DNA from: an uncultured Candidatus Saccharibacteria bacterium
GTDB taxonomy: Bacteria; Patescibacteriota; Minisyncoccia; Phycocordibacterales; DATGWK01
DNA length: 64,000 nt
Reading direction: 5' to 3'
NCBI GenBank assembly: GCA_964428845.1
Contig: CAYRZH010000005.1
Span: 1,647 to 65,646, forward strand
The translations under genes and the position numbers were made by a program. Under the pieces are notes generated by a model, which did no database searches, had not been told where the DNA came from, and worked only from the letters and a program-made list of their open reading frames with translations. Positions 57,830 through 64,000 of this stretch are shown piece after piece; within the stretch, counting starts at the first letter, position 1; each line of letters starts with the position of its first letter.

Positions 57830-59254
57830 ATGAACAAGGAATACGTCACTACCGTCGGTCTTGAGATACATGCGGAACTCAAAACCAAGACAAAAATGTT
57901 CTGTGATTCCAAAAACGACCCTGATGAAACTAGGCCAAACGTAAACATTTGTCCGATATGTATGGGGCACCCCGGGACACTTCCGGTTACGAACAAAGAA
58001 GCAGTGAAGCATGTCCTTCGGGTGGGGGTGGCTCTGGGTGGAACTCTAGCAGACTTTACAGAGTTTGATCGCAAAAATTATTTTTACCCAGATATTCCTA
58101 AGGGCTACCAGATCAGCCAGTACAAAAATCCTCTCGTTGTCGGTGGAAGCCTTCTCGGGGTAAAAATCACAAGAATCCATCTTGAGGAGGATACCGCAAA
58201 GTCAACCCATGACACGGGCGAGCATAGTTTAGTCGACTTCAATCGGGCTGGAGTGCCTCTTATGGAGCTTGTCACCGAGCCGGTGATTCATTCGGCTCAA
58301 GATGCTTCAAATTTTGCTAAGGAGCTTCAGCTTTTACTCCAGTATTTGGGAGCTAGTGATGCCAACATGGAGAAGGGAGAGATGCGAATAGAGGCAAATA
58401 TTTCAGTCGCTCCCGCTGGTAAACGCGGTACGAAAGTCGAAGTCAAGAATCTGAATTCGTTTCGTTCGGTTGAGAGAGCAATTCTTTTTGAAACAAAAAG
58501 GCATGTGGAATTGATCGAAGGAGGTGGAATTGTCGTCCAGGAAACCAGAGGCTGGGACGAGACTAAAAATACTAGTTTCTCGCAGAGGCTTAAAGAAGAA
58601 TCACATGATTACAGGTACTTTCCAGATCCAGATTTACCTAAGCTCAAACTGTCAGAAATTAAAGATTTTCAGAGGGAAAAATTAAGGGAGGAACTTCCTG
58701 AATTACCCTGGCAAAAGAGAGAAAGGCTAAAAAAGGAGTTTGGTCTAAAAGATGAAGATGTCGAAGTTTTTGTACGTTCTCATGAGTGGGGCAAGTATCT
58801 CGAGTCGGTCGCGGCATCTCTTGGTGGAAATAAAAAACTTGTTGTTCTCGCTTCCAACTATATAACATCTGATCTAGCGGGACTTGTTAAAAATTCTTCT
58901 GTTGTCTGGGACGGCAATACTCCTACCGCGTCAAATTTTTCAAGGCTAATGCTGATGATTGACTCGGGCAAGATCTCCTCACGTGGTGCGAAGGATATCC
59001 TAAAGGTCATGTACGAGAAAGGCACTGAACCCGAGGTGGTCGCAGAAAAACAAAATCTTCTACAGAAGAGCGACGAAGGCGAGTTGGGAGCTATTATCAA
59101 AAAGATTATTGATGCAAACAGCGCGGTTGTCCTAGATTATAAGAATGGTAAGGAGCCAGCACTTCAGTTTCTGATCGGGCAGGCGATGAAGGAGACAAAA
59201 GGTTCTGCTAACCCAGAAATTCTAAAAAAGTTATTTTTGTCATCCATCCAGTAG
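57830..59254 (+). CDS. gatB: Asp/Glu-tRNA amidotransferase subunit B
   Basis: GLEIHAEL, FDRKNYFYPD, HLEED, DFNRAGVPLMELVT, EVKNLNS, YRYFPDPD. Confidence 0.98.
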   Translation: MNKEYVTTVGLEIHAELKTKTKMFCDSKNDPDETRPNVNICPICMGHPGTLPVTNKEAVKHVLRVGVALGGTLADFTEFDRKNYFYPDIPKGYQISQYKNPLVVGGSLLGVKITRIHLEEDTAKSTHDTGEHSLVDFNRAGVPLMELVTEPVIHSAQDASNFAKELQLLLQYLGASDANMEKGEMRIEANISVAPAGKRGTKVEVKNLNSFRSVERAILFETKRHVELIEGGGIVVQETRGWDETKNTSFSQRLKEESHDYRYFPDPDLPKLKLSEIKDFQREKLREELPELPWQKRERLKKEFGLKDEDVEVFVRSHEWGKYLESVAASLGGNKKLVVLASNYITSDLAGLVKNSSVVWDGNTPTASNFSRLMLMIDSGKISSRGAKDILKVMYEKGTEPEVVAEKQNLLQKSDEGELGAIIKKIIDANSAVVLDYKNGKEPALQFLIGQAMKETKGSANPEILKKLFLSSIQ

Positions 59255-59377
59255 TTGTCTCGTTTTCCATAGTACACAAGTTCTCCCCACGTTGTCCTAC
59301 TTCTTCTCGTTTGGCTTTTATGTCTATAAATAGTGCCCTCTGATATAATTCAGACCATTACAATCTAAGCTTTTAAA

Positions 59378-60214
59378 ATGGCAAAAAAAGAAGGAGGGGA
59401 GAAAATAGTCTCGCCAATAAGGCAAAAAATTTACCATTTTATCTCCGGTATGCCGAGAAGTGGGTCCACTCTTCTTGCAAATATTCTTGCTCAAAATCCT
59501 CGTTTTCACACTACAAGCACGAGTGGCATTATGGATGTGATGTTTGGCGTTCGCAACAACTGGGACAAGTTAGTCGAATTTCAGGCTACACCAAACGACG
59601 CCGCCAAGGTTAGGGTGCTTCGTGGAATCCTCGATACATTTTATGCTGACGTAGATAAACCAATAATTTTCGATAAGTGCCGTGGGTGGCTCTCACTTCT
59701 TGAGATGGCAGAAACTGTCCTTGGGTACAGGGTAAAGGTTCTCGTACCGGTGCGTGATGTTCGCGATATTTTGTCTAGTTTTGAAAAACTATGGAGGGAA
59801 ACCTCCAAAACGAGCCAGGTCTCTCAGGAAAGTGCCAATTATTTCAAATTTCAAACTGTACAGGGTAGATGCGATGTCTGGATGTCGGCAGGGGAACCAC
59901 TTGGTCTTGCATACAACAGAGTGACCGACGCCCTTGTCCGTGGATACAAGGACAGAATGTATTTTATTGACTTTGATGATTTAACTCGGGAACCGGAAAG
60001 AGTGTTTTCGAGCATATACACATTTCTTGGGGAAGAACCTTTTAAGCATGATTTCAATAATGTAGTCCAAGTAACCTGGGAGGACGATACTGTTCACGGT
60101 TTTAAGGGTCTTCATGACATAAGGAGCAGGGTTGAGCCTATGAAACCTCAATGGCCAACTGTTCTGGGGCAGTGGGCAGAAAGCTTAAATAAACTTAATT
60201 TCTGGAAACAGTAG
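59378..60214 (+). CDS. Sulfotransferase family protein
   Basis: 5'-PSB loop SGMPRSGSTLL, 3'-PB VRDVRDILSS. Confidence 0.85.
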   Translation: MAKKEGGEKIVSPIRQKIYHFISGMPRSGSTLLANILAQNPRFHTTSTSGIMDVMFGVRNNWDKLVEFQATPNDAAKVRVLRGILDTFYADVDKPIIFDKCRGWLSLLEMAETVLGYRVKVLVPVRDVRDILSSFEKLWRETSKTSQVSQESANYFKFQTVQGRCDVWMSAGEPLGLAYNRVTDALVRGYKDRMYFIDFDDLTREPERVFSSIYTFLGEEPFKHDFNNVVQVTWEDDTVHGFKGLHDIRSRVEPMKPQWPTVLGQWAESLNKLNFWKQ

Positions 60215-60237
60215 GGCCCGGGGATCTCAATAAAACA

Positions 60238-61374
60238 CTAAATCTCCTCTTTTAGGAGTTTGTGGTATCTGTTGGTAAAAAAGGACTCGGGAATAAGAGG
60301 AATTATAATGTTTACTCCCTTTCTGATCCATTTTGATTTAATAAATGCCCAAGCTCGCATTTTGTTTGTAAGTGATCGGGCAATTTTTACTCTTTCCTTT
60401 CTAACTCTCTCGTATCGCTCAAATGCCCGCTTGAATGAGTAAGATTCTGAAATTTTCATCAACACCGCTGCGAGGACATAACCATCTTCCATTGCCATAG
60501 AAGCTCCTATGCCTGCGTGAGGTTCAAAGCCGTGAGCTGCATCCCCAACAAGCACGACTCTCCCTTTAGTAAATTTCTTTAGTCTCACACAACTCAAATC
60601 AGTTGGAACCAAGTCTTTGTCTTTTAGATTAGTTAAAAAATCATTCAGTATGGTTTCGTCCTTAAATATTTTCTTCAGGCGCGTGATTCGATTGTGGACA
60701 CTGTCCCAGGCTTTATGGTCGGCAGGGGAGATAAGTACAGCTAGAGCTTTTTTACCGACATCAAATATTCCGACGAATTCACTAGGTTCAACATATTCTG
60801 TTACAGTAGCATTTTGCTTAAACTTGTTGTCCACCCATGCGTACCAAACACGCCAATTATCAAATCGCTCGCAGTTCTCGGTGAAATACAAATTTCTAAT
60901 TTTTGAATGAATACCATCGGCCCCGATTACAAAATCAAAAGCAGCCTTTTCTCCATCACTGAACACGACCTCGACCCCGGTATCATTTTCTAAAATTGAA
61001 TCGATAGTCATTCCCAACCTGACCTTGCTGGGATTGATGAGGTCACGTAGCCAACGGTGTAGGGAGGTACGATCAATGTGAGTATAGGCTGTTCCGTATT
61101 CAGAATAAAAATTTTTTAAATTATAACTGCGTATCAATTTTCCTTTACCGTCGCACACTCTATAAAAGTTGATGTGATTTCCTTGTTTATCAAATTTATC
61201 TGCAAGCCCAAGTTTTGCCAAAATGTTTCGTCCGTTATTCCAAAGACCGATAGAGAATCCCTGGCTATCCCAATTATGTTGCTTATCAATAATTTGGAAA
61301 TCTATATTTGAATCCTTGAGGAAGGCGGCTAGCGTGAGACCGGCGATTCCTGCACCAACTATCAAAATTCTCAT
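60238..61374 (-). CDS. FAD-dependent monooxygenase (class A, UbiH/PHBH-like)
   Basis: IVGAGIAG, GADGIHS, VGDAAH..GIGASMAMEDG. Confidence 0.92.
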   Translation of the reverse strand: MRILIVGAGIAGLTLAAFLKDSNIDFQIIDKQHNWDSQGFSIGLWNNGRNILAKLGLADKFDKQGNHINFYRVCDGKGKLIRSYNLKNFYSEYGTAYTHIDRTSLHRWLRDLINPSKVRLGMTIDSILENDTGVEVVFSDGEKAAFDFVIGADGIHSKIRNLYFTENCERFDNWRVWYAWVDNKFKQNATVTEYVEPSEFVGIFDVGKKALAVLISPADHKAWDSVHNRITRLKKIFKDETILNDFLTNLKDKDLVPTDLSCVRLKKFTKGRVVLVGDAAHGFEPHAGIGASMAMEDGYVLAAVLMKISESYSFKRAFERYERVRKERVKIARSLTNKMRAWAFIKSKWIRKGVNIIIPLIPESFFTNRYHKLLKEEI

Positions 61375-61376
61375 GG

Positions 61377-61619
61377 CTAATTGTCTAAGTGTTTTACAGA
61401 CAATTTCTTCACTTGATTTTTAGGCTTTCGCATTGTCCAACTCTTTGAGCGAATGTCCTCGATAAGCATCTCCACCTCGTCCCGTTTATACACTCTGTAG
61501 TTGTTTATGGGGTGTCTCGAAGCGGTAAACTTACCACTCTTGTCCCAATTACGAAGGGTGAGGGTAGATACCCCAAGCATCTTCGCGGCCTCTTTGATTG
61601 TTAAAAAATTATCCTTCAT
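61377..61619 (-). CDS. Small MerR/excisionase-type HTH protein
   Basis: LTIKEAAKMLGVSTLTLRNWD..G..R..NNYRVY. Confidence 0.85.
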   Translation of the reverse strand: MKDNFLTIKEAAKMLGVSTLTLRNWDKSGKFTASRHPINNYRVYKRDEVEMLIEDIRSKSWTMRKPKNQVKKLSVKHLDN

Positions 61620-61943
61620 TTGCTTGATATAACCTATATAAACATTGATAATGATTTATAGATATTGAATCTAGAATGGCAATCTTTATTAAGGTTAATT
61701 AAGAATTGTTTTGGTTCCATTGTGATGATAAAAAAAATTATTTTGGATATTTTTTTGTAGGCACATCACGAAATGGCAGTGTGGCCCCGAGGTTGAATTT
61801 AAATCTAAAATCTATCCTTAACCTACGGATTTAAGCTGCGGCTGGCCTGGTACAAGTTTACACCCAAAAAAAGTTTTTTGTAATCGTTCTACTATCCACA
61901 GAAAATCGCGTTTTTTGAGGTGTCTGGAGGATATAATATTCCC

Positions 61944-62990
61944 ATGGGTAATGAGCTCGATTTTGAGGGGAAAAAATATATCTCGGCTAGGCGAGCTTCT
62001 GAAATTAGCGGCTATAATTCCGATTATATCGGCCAGCTATGCAGAAAAGGATCCTTGGATTGCAGGCTAGTCGGCAGAAGTTGGTTTGTCAACGAAATTT
62101 CACTTCGAGAGCACAAGGATGTAGCTAGCAAAACTCCCCGTGGTAGAATCCCAATTCTTGAAAATAGAGCTGCCTCCGGTGAGAAAAGCGATAAAACTAC
62201 GTTTGCCCATAAAGCCGAGATCCCAAAAACTGCAGCAATTCAGAAGGGGGTGACTAGGCCCGTTGTGTCTGAATTTGCTACAGGTGTACAAAAGGAACCA
62301 GAGAGCTTTGATGATAGTTATCTTTCATTTCGCTCACACGAACACCAGGAATTTTCTTATGATGTTGCTTCTGGTGACAATGGAAGTAATTTTGCAAAAA
62401 AAATTTTTGCCGTGTGTGCAATTGTGCTCATTTTTATTTTCTCTGCCCCGTACTTCCTAAAAAGTATAAGTAGCGATAGTAAGTTTGTAGTTATCCCCGA
62501 CGAGGGAATCGAACTAGTAAATGAAATAAAAATTTTGGCTTCACCATATCTATCATCGGCGAACGCCCTTTTTGCCGAAGTCCACGAGTCGATTCTTTTT
62601 GGAAACAGTCTGGGAGCTTTCTTCGAAGGGAAACTACGCGAGTTTGCGTTTGAAACATACCAAACAATTCTCGCGCTTCCAGACACGATTTTCGATACGG
62701 CGAAAAACATGAAAAGAATCGTCATGGGTGAACCTAGACAGACAAAAGAAAACTTTGCGAGCGATGAACTTCTGGGCACCGATTCAGAAAATCGAGCCGG
62801 CATTACAGTTGTTCTATCAACTGGAGACAAAGAGAAAGACGAAAAATTGAAGCAATATATTAAAGATTCATTTTCTGGAGAAACCAACGTCTTGCCTGAC
62901 GATACGGGCGAATCCGGAATCATCAAGCCTGTATTCAAAGAGCAGAACGATCAGGATTATTTGTATGTAATTGTGCCAGTCAAAGAGTGA
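61944..62990 (+). CDS. Membrane-anchored protein with N-terminal HTH (excisionase-like) domain
   Basis: YISARRASEISGYNSDYIGQLCRKG..GRSWFV, one central TM; ATG 6 nt after TATAAT. Confidence 0.72.
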   Translation: MGNELDFEGKKYISARRASEISGYNSDYIGQLCRKGSLDCRLVGRSWFVNEISLREHKDVASKTPRGRIPILENRAASGEKSDKTTFAHKAEIPKTAAIQKGVTRPVVSEFATGVQKEPESFDDSYLSFRSHEHQEFSYDVASGDNGSNFAKKIFAVCAIVLIFIFSAPYFLKSISSDSKFVVIPDEGIELVNEIKILASPYLSSANALFAEVHESILFGNSLGAFFEGKLREFAFETYQTILALPDTIFDTAKNMKRIVMGEPRQTKENFASDELLGTDSENRAGITVVLSTGDKEKDEKLKQYIKDSFSGETNVLPDDTGESGIIKPVFKEQNDQDYLYVIVPVKE

Positions 62991-63077
62991 TGCGGATCAA
63001 CCAGAGGGAACTCTTTTTTGAGCGAAGGGTTCTCCAGGTTGCTATACAAACTCGATTGGGGGTTTAAAAAAAGGAAA

Positions 63078-64000
63078 ATGGAAAAAATGAAATTCACAAA
63101 AAGTAATATCACCCGAAAAAGCCTCAAGGTTTCTTTTTTTGTTCTGTTTCTTTGCCTCTTGTCGCCCACCGGGGTTTTGTCTGCGTACCAAATCGAAAGT
63201 GTGGCTAGTGCACAGATCAATAACGGTTTTGTTGTGAGCCCTGGAAAGGTAGAAGTCGAGCTTAAGTCTGGGGGGAAAAAAATCGTTCCTATAAAAGTTT
63301 TGAATCATACTGGAAGTACAAAAACTTTTAGTATCGGCGTAGAAGATTTTAGTGGTTCAAAAAATCCACTTGAAACAGTCTTGCTTTTGGGAAGTGAACG
63401 GGGTCCGTATTCTCTGAAAGATTATCTTCGTGTGGACGAAAAAAGTTTTGAATTAAAAAATAATGAACAGGCAACTGTTCCGGTATATATTTCTATCCCG
63501 ACTGACGCCGAACCAAGCGGCCTCTATGGTGCTCTCATTGTGAGCACCGCTTCAGGAGATGATTCAACGAGTAGAGGTACATCAGCTGTCATCTCGCGGC
63601 TGGGCGTACTTTTCTTTGTTAAGGTTTCAGGAAATATTTTTGAACAAGGTCAGGTCGTAAGTTTTGAGACTGCACCAAGCGGAGGTTTTCTCTCTCATGG
63701 CCCGATCACATTTAGGCTTCTTTATGAAAATACTGGATCAGCCCATTTGAATCCATATGGCCAAATCAAGATAAAAAATATATTTGGGAAAGAAGTTGGT
63801 ACCGTAACCCTGGATCCTTGGTTTACAATGCCTCAATCACTTCGATTGCGAGAAATTTCTTGGAATAAAACTTTTCTCTTTGGTCGATACAGGGCAGAAG
63901 CTTCTGTTAACAGAGGTTATTCAGATATTGTCGATTCAAATTCTCTCTCTTTTTGGGTAATTCCTTGGTGGGTTTCTGTCATTGCTGTGGCTCTAATAAT
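63078..64000 (+). CDS. Exported surface protein, DUF916/WxL-interacting-like (3' partial)
   Basis: Open frame from ATG 63078 to the window end: signal peptide, VVSPGKVE, PTDAEPSGLYG, ENTGSAH, FWVIPW followed by a TM segment. Confidence 0.7.
   Translation, partial: MEKMKFTKSNITRKSLKVSFFVLFLCLLSPTGVLSAYQIESVASAQINNGFVVSPGKVEVELKSGGKKIVPIKVLNHTGSTKTFSIGVEDFSGSKNPLETVLLLGSERGPYSLKDYLRVDEKSFELKNNEQATVPVYISIPTDAEPSGLYGALIVSTASGDDSTSRGTSAVISRLGVLFFVKVSGNIFEQGQVVSFETAPSGGFLSHGPITFRLLYENTGSAHLNPYGQIKIKNIFGKEVGTVTLDPWFTMPQSLRLREISWNKTFLFGRYRAEASVNRGYSDIVDSNSLSFWVIPWWVSVIAVALI

Noticed and set aside
61377-61619. IS607 TnpA or prophage excisionase
   Set aside because: Only the HTH is present; no serine recombinase, TnpB or integrase is nearby.
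61620-61920. AT-rich intergenic region with a DnaA-box-like CTATCCACA (about 61892-61900) and weak hairpins
   Set aside because: A single imperfect box and weak stems are not enough to call an oriC or ncRNA.

Overview
This looks like a chromosomal segment of a reduced-genome bacterium, most likely Patescibacteria/CPR (Parcubacteria-like). That call is an inference from gene style, Lys-rich proteins, a TraG/VirD4-like ATPase with a Pro-rich tail and a DUF916-like surface protein; genetic code 11 fits. The window holds murD (partial), murC, murB, secA, obg, gatB and a P-type ATPase. It also holds a ~39 kb surface-glycan region: a + strand GT4/GT2/GT-C block, a - strand block (wzm/wzt, pseB/C/F/I, tailoring enzymes, rfbB/fdtA/fdtB-like genes) and an O-antigen ligase-TPR gene. 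The main observations are: (1) five GC-rich, self-contained single-gene units (own promoter, leader, Shine-Dalgarno and terminator) sit among AT-rich resident genes, many of which look leaderless; (2) one of these units looks like an orphan diversity-generating retroelement (DGR) target gene with a VR-like 3' end, but no RT or TR is visible in the window; (3) upstream of murB is a structured non-coding locus with two putative promoters, whose long stem shares a covarying motif with the leader stem of the DGR-like gene; (4) one methyltransferase is interrupted by an in-frame TAG. No rRNA, tRNA, CRISPR array, integrase or transposase was recognised. All calls come from motif reading only; no searches were run.
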